The notes under the pieces are model-generated. The model saw nothing but the letters and a program-made list of their open reading frames with translations, was not told the origin of the DNA and made no database searches. 45,328 bases of DNA from Octopus bimaculoides (taxonomy: Eukaryota), in contig NC_068981.1 of NCBI RefSeq assembly GCF_001194135.2, positions 16,749,078-16,794,405 of the forward strand, in the 5' to 3' direction. Shown here piece after piece: positions 11,802-23,944 of the stretch (position 1 is the first letter of the stretch; each line of letters starts with the position of its first letter). The translations under genes were made by a program, and so were the position numbers.

Positions 11802-11902
11802 GTTTACTGCTCTGCTCTTTTCTTCAAACGTCATTTAATAGCTGATTTTCTTGCTTATTGTAATTATTCGTATCCTGAAGGTGCTACATGTGCACCAACT
11901 AT

Positions 11903-12028
11903 AACGCTCTTCACATTATTTATATTTTACGGATATTTGTCGTCATCTTGTTTTTTGTTAACACAACGTTTCGTCTGATATACCCTCCAGCCTGGGTTCT
12001 CATTCCTAAGGTATATTTTTTTTCGATG

Positions 12029-12078
<50 letters not shown>
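11903..12078 (-). mobile_element. Family D copy, left arm of an inverted pair; hammerhead CTGATGA segment deleted
   Basis: Reverse complement (AAT)n-catcgaaaaaaaatataccttaggaatgagaacccagg|ctggagggtatatcagacgaaacgttgtgtt..; about 30 nt between two AGG triplets are missing. Confidence 0.85.
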
Positions 12079-12079
<1 letters not shown>

Positions 12080-12255
12080 GATCGAAAAATACCTTATGAG
12101 AATTCAGGTTCGAAATTTCCCCAAGACACCTGATGAAGGCTGGAGGGTATATAAGCCGAAACGGTGTGATATCAACAAGATGAGGACAAATATCCGTCAA
12201 ATGTAAATAATGTAAATAATGTACATAATTTCTCATCTCTTAAATACAGAACTGT
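12080..12255 (+). mobile_element. Family D copy, right arm of an inverted pair
   Basis: atcgaaaaatacctt..gaaatttccccaagacacctgatgaaggctggagggtatataagccgaaacgg..gtaaataatgtacataatttctcatctcttaaatacagaact. Confidence 0.88.
12125..12169 (+). ncRNA. Hammerhead ribozyme motif, probably inactivated (U16.1 position reads G; one stem II mismatch)
   Basis: GACAC-CTGATGA(12130-12136)-A-GGCTG..TAAGCC-GAAA(12158-12161)-C-GGT-GTGA. Confidence 0.5.
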
Positions 12256-14002
12256 ACAATGCTATTGTTTGTAGGTGTCTGTGTATACTTGAGTATATCT
12301 TTTTAAAACAGTGCCTCGAGTTGCGTCCAATTTCACAAAACTACTAAATTTTGCGATTGAATTAATATTAGCTGTTTAAGTGAGTACCAAACTTACGAAA
12401 GTGTTAATGTCTCTCAAAGAAGTGTTCTAGCATGGCTGCTGTCTAATGGATAAAAGTTTTGAATGTCTACCTAATATTTTCTATGCCTGTCTACCCTCGT
12501 TCCGTCACTGTTTCACTACAAACACATTCTCTAACGTAATTTCATGCGTTTTAGTCGTTTTAGTCTTCAAGCGAGATCGTAAGACCAGTATGTGATGGCT
12601 GACCTTTAGCGCTTAGTTATACAGGAAATAATTGATATTACAAAGTCTGAGAAATAATTCATATTACAACGTCTGATGAAACAGTATTGTCTTAAAACAA
12701 TTATCTCCCGCAGGGAAATCCGTGCTGGATGAAGTAACTGTTAAATGAGGCAACTAATGATCTTTTGAAGTGCAGGTGTGAATAATCGTAATGGCTGAAC
12801 TGGATTAGTGAATTATATGCAATTACGAGTTTTCAAGCTGGTAATTTTTTCTCTTTTTTTTTTTAGATCCAATAAGGTTAGTTTCCATAACAAAGTGTGT
12901 ATATTTCCCAGTTTCTCTTGCTTATCAATCTAATGCTGTAATTTCTCATTGTAAATATCTAAACGACATTATTCCTCTATTTTCCTCTCTTCAATAAATT
13001 TTCTGAAATACTTTTGTTGTTTTTATACTCGCTTATTATATAGTGAACACTTCGAAGCTATGATTTTATTACATTTCCCTTGATATTCGCTAAATCGCAT
13101 TTAACTAAAACGATGGTGTTTGAAATCTAATCCCATAAGTTAATGTTACATATACTGCACAAGTGATGAAAATGGAAAGCTTCGGGAGCCTTGACCTGTT
13201 GCTATACAAGGTCCATGAAACACAACTATCTGTTTACTGTTTGTAATCATTGTTAGATGTAAAAAAAAAGAAAAAATATGGATCGATATATCCTGATTGT
13301 TGTCTTTAGAGATTTATCATACGATTCCCAGAAATTATGTGCAATATTATGCAATATACTATCGATAGTTTCCAATACAAAAGAGATGTTATAATTAAGT
13401 CAGAGTAAAGAATGCTTTTCGTACTAAATTGAATAATGTTTTCACGAATATTTTATTTTTTGCTTGATGATATGTGATATAGAATCAAACCGAGAAAATT
13501 TCTTTTGTATTCATACTAAACCCTACGCCTTCTCAAATCAAAATCCTCACTGGTCCCGCCGGTTCACCTGATATCATGGATCAGTCTTTGATCCTTGAAT
13601 GCTTAATACAATTCTTAAAATCAAATATGTTCGTGTCTCATGGGAGGTTGGGAAGTATCAACCCGAAAATTTCTTTGAAGAAACGAAAGATGTACTGGAC
13701 TTCTTTCTCTTTATACATTAAAACAATTCTTGTTAACACGAAAAATTCCTAACTCAACGTTATGAGAACTTCATTCTTAACACGGTTCCACTCACTGGAA
13801 TGCGACCATTAGTGGAGGGAGGCATCAGTTTCAATGGTTTTCATCAGTCAAATAGACCCTAGTATTTATGTAATATTTATAGTGGTTTATCACATCGCTA
13901 AGAGTTAGGTTTTTGATTTTAAGGAACGCAAAGCCATATCAACAATTAAACCGTTCAACGTAAACACAGAGGAGCATCTAAACATTCAGAAGACATTGAT
14001 CG

Positions 14003-14110
14003 GGTTGGAATTATAGTAGAAGACGCTCACCCAAAATGCATTGCACAGAAACTGAAGTCGGAACGATGTAATGGCGACGAGAACGTATTAACCACATAGT
14101 CATTCCTGCG
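14003..14110 (-). mobile_element. Decayed family A head fragment
   Basis: Plus strand tatagtagaagacgctcacccaaaatgcattgcacagaaactgaagtcggaac..taaccacatagtcattcct resembles the reverse complement of the A head. Confidence 0.5.
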
Positions 14111-14290
14111 ACTTAGTATTATTAATAACTACCACATGACCCATTAATCTCTTGGTGGTGTTCTGATGTAGGGTTAAATATGGCATTCGAACTCTATGTG
14201 AGAAAAAGATTTTACATCTATATTATCTGAATATTAATCGCACGCTGAAGTGAACGAAGGCTGTTATTATGTATCTGATTTTGTCCTTTG

Positions 14291-14302
<12 letters not shown>

Positions 14303-14356
<54 letters not shown>
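14303..14356. repeat. (TTA)n microsatellite
   Basis: Direct reading; source of the poly-L ORF 14250-14612. Confidence 0.95.
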
Positions 14357-14357
<1 letters not shown>

Positions 14358-15762
14358 CTCGTATGGTTTGATGAAAGATATCACTGCTTTATCAGTTCTC
14401 CACATATTTTTCTTTACTGGATTACCTTCAAATACCTTATAATCCATATACATTCATTATATTCTTTCTACAATTCTATTATTCACACGTCCAAATTCCA
14501 AATGAAATGTCATTCTCGAAGAGATTATATTATATCAGACTTTGTGTGTTTGTCATTTGTGTTCGTTTTTTTTTTACTTTCTTTCTTGATACAACGTAGA
14601 AGATATTTTTAAATCTATTCACATCTGCTAATAATAATATTGTTCATTTTCATGTTTTGTGTTGTATGTATTTACATATTGATACAAGCTAGCAATAATT
14701 GTGTATACAAAGTGTGTGAATATAAATGCCATTCAGTCAATGTTTTTCTAATTAGTTAATATTCAACCAAACCACTTTCTTCTTGAAATAGCAAAAGGAG
14801 AAAAAAATAAACAGCTCGTAATATAATATTTGTAACAAATAAAATATGAATACTAGATGTCTGTGTATTTGCGAGTCTAAGAGTTTTTGAATGAGAGCAT
14901 ATAAATATATAGGAAAAATAAAAATACCTTTGTGAGATGTGAAGGAAGAAGGAGAAGATATAAATGTCAAGACATCTATTGAAAGCCATTAGTGGAAATG
15001 GAAAAAATGTTATCATGGAAATGTTAAGAAAAGAGCAAGAATTGCTATTAGAGAATGGCATTGGAATAACAATAAGATGGAAGCCAGTATTACGTAAGGT
15101 GTGATATAAGAACGAAATAGGGAACAAACATACAGAGAGATAGCTTTGATAGAATACCAAAGGTTCTAAAGTTTATATTTTCAAACATTTTGCCAAATAT
15201 TGTGTTTTGTTTGGTTCGTTCTGTCATATTCACTAAGGGTGTTTGTGTTTAGAAAATCTTGATACGCTTACTCCTATAAGACAGCGTCGTTGCACAGATA
15301 TTGTATTGATTTATTGTTATATTTTTAGCATTCAGCTTTACGGATGAAATCATAGAGACTGAAATAGATCAAAGGGGCGTATCATAAACAGAAAAACTGT
15401 CTTCTGTCTGTCTCACCTTTAATACTGATTTTAACTTTAGCACAATGTTACACATTTCACTGGATATTTGTAGCACAGTCCTGGAAGGATACATAGTTTA
15501 TTGTCTACCTTATTGTGAAATCCAATTCGATTTTAAAGCAGACACTGACTTTAAAATAGGCATATGCTGCTTGCTATTTATGTTGTTTTACGAGGGTTCT
15601 ACCATCGACAACTTTTCTTATCCCTATTGGTAAAGTCTCCAGATATTAATGGCATGCACTTTTTTTAGGTCTTATCTTATGAGTGGATATATATGAAATT
15701 GGCTCCTGAAAAAGCAGAGATTTCCACGTGTATTGTCTGAAATCCGTGTATTATTATTATTA

Positions 15763-16148
15763 GTGGAGACGCAATGGCTCAGTGGTTAGGGCAGCGGACT
15801 CGCGGTCATAGGATCGCGGCTTCGATTCCCAGACCGGGCGTTGTGAGTGTTTATTGAGCGAAAACACCTAAAGCTCCACGAGGCTCCGGCAGGGGATGGA
15901 GGCGACCCCTGCTGTATTCTTCCACCACAACTTTCTCTCACTCTTATTTCCTATTTCTGTTGTGCTTGTAATTCAAAAGGGACAGCTTTGTCGCACTGTG
16001 TCACGCTGAATACCCCCGAGAACTACGTTAAGGGTACACGTGTCTGTGGAGTGCTCAGCCACTTACACGTTAATTTCACGAGCAGGCTGTTCCGTTGATC
16101 GGATCAACTGGAACCCTCGACGTCGTAAGCGACGGAGTGCCAACAACA
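15763..16148 (+). mobile_element. tRNA-derived SINE family C1, full length, with putative TSD attattatta
   Basis: Head gtggagacgcaatggctcagtggttagggcagcggactcgcgg..ttcgattccc; 3' half shared with C2 copies; (CAA)n tail; attattatta on both flanks. Confidence 0.88.
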
Positions 16149-16384
16149 TTATTATTAATCCTGCCAAATACTTATATAAATTCTGCTTTGTCCAGATTTA
16201 GAAGATCTGTTCGAGATTAGAATCTCAAACCAACACAAGCATTTAGACTTTTATATTAATCGTTATTAATACAGCCACTTGTTTCCTTAAACATAGGACC
16301 CTACATCACAAATAGATTTTAAATGGAGGGTATTTTAACCCCAATCATTGTATCACTAACTGTCACTCCATAGTTCACGAACAA

Positions 16385-16680
16385 GGGTTACATTTCATCC
16401 GATCAACGGAAAATCTTGCTGATGAAATTAACGTGCAAGTGATTGAGCACAGCACAGACACGTGTACCTTTAACGTAGTACACAGAGAGATTCGGCATGA
16501 CAGGGAATGTGATAATGCTAGCCGTTTGAATTAAAGGTTCAATTAATTTTTGCCAGCTGAGTGGAAAGGAGGAATGCGAAATAAAGTGTCTTGCTCAAGG
16601 ACACAACGCGTTGCCGGGAATTGAACTCATGACTTTATGATCGTGACTCAAATAACTTAATAACTAAGCCATGCGCCTTA
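16385..16680 (-). mobile_element. tRNA-derived SINE family C2 (CORE-like block), diverged
   Basis: Minus strand aaggcgcatggcttagt..gagttcaattcccggcaacgcgttgtgtccttgagcaagacacttta..actacgttaaaggtacacgtgtctgtg..gttgatcggat. Confidence 0.85.
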
Positions 16681-16923
16681 TATCACTAGCAGTAAAGTAA
16701 AGGAACGGAAGACTTAAAGCTTTCTCTCTCTCNNNNNNNNNNNNNNNNNNNNNNNNNNNNNNNNNNNNNNNNNNNNNNNNNNNNNNNNNNNNNNNNNNNN
16801 NNNNNNNNNNNNNNNNNNNNNNNNNNNNNNNNNNNNNNNNNNNNNNNNNNNNNNNNNNNNNNNNNNNNNNNNNNNNNNNNNNNNNNNNNNNNNNNNNNNN
16901 NNNNNNNNNNNNNNNNNNNNNNN

Positions 16924-16981
<58 letters not shown>

Positions 16982-17066
16982 TGCGTGCGTATTTATATAC
17001 ATGAAGGACTGAAAGCATATATACACTGAGACGTACCATAATCGTCCGAAAGATCCGACTAAGGAT

Positions 17067-17119
17067 GCTTATTCCTGACGCATTGATTTCGGCAGTTTCC
17101 GTCGCCTCATCAGTTAAGC
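17067..17119 (-). ncRNA. Degenerate hammerhead-like motif, unrelated to family D
   Basis: Minus strand gcttaa-CTGATGA-GGCG-acggaaac-TGCC-GAAA-tcaatgc-GTC-aggaataagc. Core and stem II are canonical; stems I and III are imperfect. Confidence 0.4.
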
Positions 17120-18103
17120 CAGCTCAGTTTCAGCAATTTCCGGACTCGCTCCGTCATTAGTATGTATGTTTTCGTCATCCAAATAATCGGATGATTATAA
17201 GAGATCCTCACTTTCGGATTATGGTCCCTGTTATTGTTCTGCCTTCATGTACGCTAAGTACAGCATTAGACCGTTTTAGCAATTATTTCTAGCAATATAG
17301 GTGTTTTCTAACACCCTAGTAGCATTTAGTGACATTTGTAATTCTCCTTTTTCGTGAAACTTTCCAAACCGCCGTTCATATTAATTTTATACATACACAC
17401 ATACACATACGCACACACACACAAGCGCATATATATGCCCACATCAACATTGCAAACGATGCAGAGAAAAATATACAAATGATGCAGAGAGGGGAAGGAA
17501 CGACAATCAAGTTGTGTTAGTTCGACGCTCAGGAAGGATAGACCTGTCTTTTACGTGTCGCGCCTACGCTATCCTACAAAGGCGAATGAAGTGAGAAAAC
17601 ATATTGAATGATGATAAAGATGTGGAGAGAAAATAAATGTGTCTGGATTGACGGTCGCAAATGCCGAATTATATATTTACATATACATATGAGTGTGTGT
17701 ACATGTGTATATATATATATATNNNNNNNNNNNNNNNNNNNNNNNNNNNNNNNNNNNNNNNNNNNNNNNNNNNNNNNNNNNNNNNNNNNNNNNNNNNNNN
17801 NNNNNNNNNNNNNNNNNNNNNNNNNNNNNNNNNNNNNNNNNNNNNNNNNNNNNNNNNNNNNNNNNNNNNNNNNNNNNNNNNNNNNNNNNNNNNNNNNNNN
17901 NNNNNNNNNNNNNNNNNNNNNNNNNNNNNNNNNNNNNNNNNNNNNNNNNNNNNNNNNNNNNNNNNNNNNNNNNNNNNNNNNNNNNNNNNNNNNNNNNNNN
18001 NNNNNNNNNNNNNNNNNNNNNNNNNNNNNNNNNNNNNNATATATATATATATATATATATATATACATGCGTGTGTATGTGTGTGTTTACATATGTGTGT
18101 ATA

Positions 18104-18413
18104 CATGACATGGTGGTTTAGTGAATAGGGTATTCAGCTCTCGATCGAATGGTCGTGAGATCGATCCTGGTAATCCGTTGTGTCCTAAAGCAAGACATAT
18201 TTTTTTGCGTTACTCCAGCTGGCAAAAATGAGATGTACCTGCAATTAAGGGTCTAGCCTTCTAACATTGCGTGTCACGTGGAGTTTCTCTTACAACTAAG
18301 TTGAAGGTACATGTACCTGAGGGGTGCTCAGCCACTTGTACGTTAATTTCACGAGGAGGTTGTTCCGACGATCGCATCAACTGGAACACTCGTCTTCGTA
18401 ATCGACGGAGCCA
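18104..18413 (+). mobile_element. SINE family C2, diverged full-length copy
   Basis: catggtggtttagtgaatagggtattc..gagatcgatcctgg..gttgtgtcctaaagcaagaca..gctcagccacttgtacgttaatttcacgag..cgtaatcgacggagcca. Confidence 0.8.
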
Positions 18414-19364
18414 GTTTGTGCATGACGTACTATCAGCTCCCTGATAATGAAAATTACTGGGAGGTGAGCTGGTTGAAATACACAAATAAAAATGCATAAT
18501 AATTCTATGTATGTGATTCAGTGACCGAATATTCATTTACAATTACTATAAATTACAGTGAAGTGAAAAAAGGCTAATTCGTGATACTTGGACGAAATTT
18601 GAACTCAAAAAGAACTGAGGATTGGAACAAAATACTAAAATTCAAATAGTCCAGTACTCTACTCTCTGTACCATTGCACGGACGTATAAAGGATCAGCAG
18701 CACCTCTTTCATTGGTAAGTGGCAAGTAACATAGAACTAGTCACCTATTATTTAACGTCTTGTTTCCAAAACAGATCGAAATGGAATCATTCTTCCGTAT
18801 CTTCCTTGTTACTAGAAACATAACAGTTCTTAGAAAATATTCGAATGGAGATATGTAGAGTGAAAAATTAATAAATATTGGTATCTCAGAGAAATATTAA
18901 TATAACCAAAATTCTTACAAAAATAGAATTTTACAATAAAAATTCTTTTTTTAATTCAACCAACATTCAAACAAAAAAACCTTTTCATTCTATATTAGTC
19001 TGAAAACACACAGAGAAGTTACGAATTAGAAATGCATAAAAAAGATACGGGCAATGTCAAAGACATTAAAATTACATTAGAATTACATTAAATTTCCTGG
19101 ACAAAATTACTTAGCCATGTTTTTCAATTGCATATTTGTTGATAGTCGGGTTTGTTTTTTCTCCCTTTTCTTCCTAATATTATATTATCGGTCTGATTGA
19201 AGAAGAGAAAACGATAAAAGAGACTGGGGGAAATGTATGTGTGTATGAATGTGTGTGTGGCGGGGGGCGTGTGTGTTTGCAAAGATTTAGTATTGATTCA
19301 GAATGGAAACGTTTGCAGATGACAGCAATATATATCTCTTTATAATTCAACCAATTCAGGCATG

Positions 19365-19420
<56 letters not shown>

Positions 19421-19907
19421 NNNNNNNNNNNNNNNNNNNNNNNNNNNNNNNNNNNNNNNNNNNNNNNNNNNNNNNNNNNNNNNNNNNNNNNNNNNNNNNN
19501 NNNNNNNNNNNNNNNNNNNNNNNNNNNNNNNNNNNNNNNNNNNNNNNNNNNNNNNNNNNNNNNNNNNNNNNNNNNNNNNNNNNNNNNNNNNNNNNNNNNN
19601 NNNNNNNNNNNNNNNNNNNNNNNNNNNNNNNNNNNNNNNNNNNNNNNNNNNNNNNNNNNNNNNNNNNNNNNNNNNNNNNNNNNNNNNNNNNNNNNNNNNN
19701 NNNNNNNNNNNNNNNNNNNNNNNNNNNNNNNNNNNNNNNNNNNNNNNNNNNNNNNNNNNNNNNNNNNNNNNNNNNNNNNNNNNNNNNNNNNNNNNNNNNN
19801 NNNNNNNNNNNNNNNNNNNNNNNNNNNNNNNNNNNNNNNNNNNNNNNNNNNNNNNNNNNNNNNNNNNNNNNNNNNNNNNNNNNNNNNNNNNNNNNNNNNN
19901 NNNNNNN

Positions 19908-19956
<49 letters not shown>

Positions 19957-21210
19957 TATAACAACGATAGCGTCCTTCCAATATCGCTACTTGGAGTTCG
20001 CTTGTAAAGGATTTATCGACATGCGTACTGGAAAGATGGCCGAAAGAACCTAGATATCTCATGGTTTTCGTTTATTAGTGTACGTCTAGTGATGCACTTC
20101 AGTTCCCTTTTTTGGCAAACGCATGACATGGGGAGTTGGCTTAAATGATTTATTATTTTCATGTGAAGAGGCGGTTTCTTTCCTTCTAAATAAGAAACGT
20201 TTAATTTAAAAATTAACGCCTTTTAGGCTCTTTTTCAATTGCAAGTGCCTATTTGTTTAAACATTGATTTAGCCTGTCTATAGATATGTTGTTTGTCAAC
20301 GGCTACACACTTTCGCGTGTATTGAGTGAATGAATACGTGCTTCTGTGTTTGAAAGGGCACTAACCTAGTGGTCATTGCATTACCTTCACGATCTTGCAA
20401 TCATAGCTTCCGGACCTAGTTGTGCTTTGTTCATGAGAAAAGTATTTCCCTTCAAGTTGCTTTGCGATCAATTTAACGTCAGTTGCAACGCAACACGCAC
20501 TGCGCAAGCAATGTCGATTTGATGTATGTGGGTCAGCTAATATAAAGCCCTGAAGGTGATCACTATAAACAACTCAGTTGAGCAAGTTGTTCAGCAAGAG
20601 TTTGTGTAACTGACCTGTCGCTTACAACAGGAAAATCCTAACACTTCTATATTTTCAGTGACTCAACTATTGATTTCTTCTAAGTAATGACTATGGATCT
20701 TGGGTTCCAATGATATGTTTCTCAGCTAAATAGATATCGCATGTGTTTTGCCCAATGTTATTTAGTGGTACAGTATAAGGAGTGAGACTTAATGCAGTCT
20801 CTAAATGTGATGGAATACATGCGCTGCTTAAATATGCTCTAAAGTGTGTTCCTTGAGCTAAGCATATCTCTGAATATCATCATTTAGTACTGTAGTATCT
20901 TTCTGAATATCTGCTTTAAGAAGGCAAGAAATATTTATGTGTAAGTTCTGTGTGGTTCTGAAATTGGAAGTTGGCATTTGGAATAAAAGCATGAAGATTC
21001 TGCATTCGATGCTTTGTGTTTTTCTTTGTCTTTTTTTTCTGTTGTGCATTTTTCATTGATACAAAGTTGTCAAATCAGCAATAGCAGGTTTTCATATATT
21101 TTCGAATAAAAAGCATGAGGAACATGCGAATTACGAGAAGTTGCTTGTCTAAAGAACGTTATAACAACATTGTGCATTGCCGTCGTTATAAAACAGAAGC
21201 TACTTCCTAA

Positions 21211-21565
21211 TACTCTTTTACACACTCATGTGACTGCGGCCATGCTGGAGCACCGCCAGGACTTTTTCTTTGTAAGCCTAGTACTTATTTTGCCGAACCG
21301 CTAAGTTACGGGGACGTAAACACACCAGCACCGGTTGTCAAGCGATGTTGGGGGACAAATACAGACACACAAACGTATACACACATACATATATATACAT
21401 ACATACGACAGGCTTCTTTCAGTTTCCGTCTACCAAATCCACTCACAAGGCTTTGGTCGGCCCAAGGCTATAGTAGAAGACCTTTGCCCAAGGTGCCTCG
21501 CAGTGGGACTGAACCCAGACCCCATGTGTTTGGTAAGCAAGCTACTTACCACGCAGCCACTCCTA
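21211..21565 (-). mobile_element. SINE family A, with two short deletions in the 3' module
   Basis: Reverse complement matches 27815-28227 from the head (aggagtggctgcgtggtaag) to the tail (taaaagagta). Confidence 0.92.
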
Positions 21566-22039
21566 CGTCTGACTACTTATTTTAACAAAAGTTTCGTTAT
21601 ATAAACGTATAGCATTCTAAGTATCGTTATCGTCTATACAATAAACTACTCAATTAATGAAGAAATCGAATTTTATTACACTAAATTGCTGTCGCGTTTA
21701 ATTTTCGAATTAATAGGACCGAGAATTCGTTTACTAACTTAGCCCTAACACACTAATTACTGAATGACTTGTAGCAATACAAACGATGCCATTTAACATG
21801 AGAAAGGTAACTTTCGTTTTAAAATCTCATAAAATGAAGCATTGATCTCTATACACACTTGGGAATTCGGAAATCTATCTTCGAACTGCACGTGTGAATT
21901 GCTTTGCAGTTGTTAATGTCACAGCTATAGGCGCGTAATAAACAATTGCTATATGTGACAGCCATTTTTTATTGATAACGAAAGATTTCTACAGCATAAA
22001 ATATTGAGGTAGGAAAGTGGTTAAATATTATTCACAAGC

Positions 22040-22175
22040 ACCTATTGCAACTACGTGGTTTAGGGCTCAGTCCCACTGCGCGGTACATTGGTCATGTGTC
22101 TTCTACTGTAGCATCAGGCCTACCAATGCCTTATGACTGAATTAGTTAGATGGGTATGGAAGCCTGTTGTATATT
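22040..22175 (+). mobile_element. Decayed family A head module
   Basis: gtggtttagggctcagtcccactgcgcggtacattggtcatgtgtcttctactgtagcatcaggcc..tggaagcctgttgtatat. Confidence 0.65.
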
Positions 22176-22185
22176 CTATTCCTTT

Positions 22186-22400
22186 ATCCTTGTATTTGTT
22201 TCAGTTCTTTGACTGCTACCATTCTGGAGTACCACATTTTAGTCGAACAAATCGACCCCAGGACTTAATATTTGTAAGCCTAGTATTTATCTTAACGGTT
22301 TTATGCCGAACCACTAAGTTCCGGGGACGTAAACACACCGACATCAGTTGTCAAGCGATGGTGGTGGAGACAGACACAGACACAGACACACAAGCATACA
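22186..22400 (-). mobile_element. Family A 3' module alone, ending in a long CA/TA microsatellite
   Basis: Plus strand ttgtttcagt..ttagtcgaacaaatcgaccccaggactt..gccgaaccactaagttccggggacgtaaacacacc..gttgtcaagcgatgg. Confidence 0.8.
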
Positions 22401-22407
22401 CACACAC

Positions 22408-22501
<94 letters not shown>

Positions 22502-23095
22502 GTACATATATATAAATATTCTTTCTCCTATCTATCTATTCCTCTTCCGTTCTAGTACCCCCTCTCCATTCACCCCCCTCTCTCTCTCTCTCTCTCATAT
22601 TATATTAGTTCTTCATGTATCTCATTTTTATTTCACAATAACTGTAGAATCCGCTCTTTATATTTTTTCACATTGGTCAGCGCACGAATACAGCAAACTC
22701 TTCTCTTAGAGGATATCTTCACAGCTGCCGTATTAGAGAAGTCACACTTCCTAAAGTAGCTATCAAAGCCATCTTTAGAAATATAACTTACACATTAAAG
22801 AACGAACCAACAATTATATGATGTCTCTAGTCGCAGATTAACAATCGTACTGACAATCGTGGCTGTCACAGTTTATTGTATGGTTTGAATAATGAAGGCA
22901 TCACGTTCTTACGATGATCTGCATCTTTGCACATGCCATAAAGGATTTGGTGTCCTTTAGAGCCTCACTGCTCACTTGAAATCAAAATTTTAGTTTCAGG
23001 TTAAGAATGATATCAGCCAAAATATCGAATAAATTTAATTATCTTCTCTCTGTCTTTTTTTTTCATTGCTAAATAATGCCCAATGACCTCGCGCG

Positions 23096-23142
<47 letters not shown>

Positions 23143-23430
23143 CAGTGTGTGGGTATGAATGTGTGTGTACATGTGTGTGTGTGTATATATGAATGCCTGT
23201 AGTTATATACGTACGTGTATATATATATATATAGATAGATAGATAGATAGGTTTCTTTATTAGCCACNNNNNNNNNNNNNNNNNNNNNNNNNNNNNNNNN
23301 NNNNNNNNNNNNNNNNNNNNNNNNNNNNNNNNNNNNNNNNNNNNNNNNNNNNNNNNNNNNNNNNNNNGGCACCGCGCACGTTTGCGCCTTGCCGATCAGT
23401 TTCTCGATGACAAGCGATCAGTTTCTCGAT

Positions 23431-23470
<40 letters not shown>

Positions 23471-23880
23471 CCCATATATGGGAAAAGAGAGAGAGAGATA
23501 TAGAGTTCCCATATTGCTGTCATCTGACTATACTATTATTTTCCCATTAGCTGTCTCTAAACTTTACTGCTGGTGAGATCCACAGATAATAGATGTCACC
23601 GCATTTGTAATCTAATTGTTACAAATGTAGTGACGGCTAAAGTCTGTAGATTTATCTCATAGTAAAATTTAATGCGAAAAATCAAATCAGCTGACACGTC
23701 AGGAAATATATTTATTAGTTACCTCTAGGGATCACTCCTAGACTTGAAAATTGTGTTGAGAAATGTTAAAAGGCCTAAAGTTGTATATACATTTGTCAGT
23801 TAATTTATATTTATTTTGACAATAATGTTATGCTCTAAGTAGTAATATTTGCAGATACAAAATCGTGGTATGCGTGTGAG

Positions 23881-23924
<44 letters not shown>

Positions 23925-23944
23925 TGTCTTTCTGTATGTATATA

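Noticed and set aside
15763-15840. tRNA gene (and similar tRNA-like heads elsewhere)
   Set aside because: It has no proper cloverleaf acceptor stem or terminator and continues into a SINE body, so it is a SINE head.
23368-23432. GC-rich hairpin GCGCA-cgtt-TGCGC plus a 17-bp direct repeat, as a Helitron end
   Set aside because: No CTRR terminus at the expected distance, and it abuts an assembly gap where artefactual duplication is plausible.
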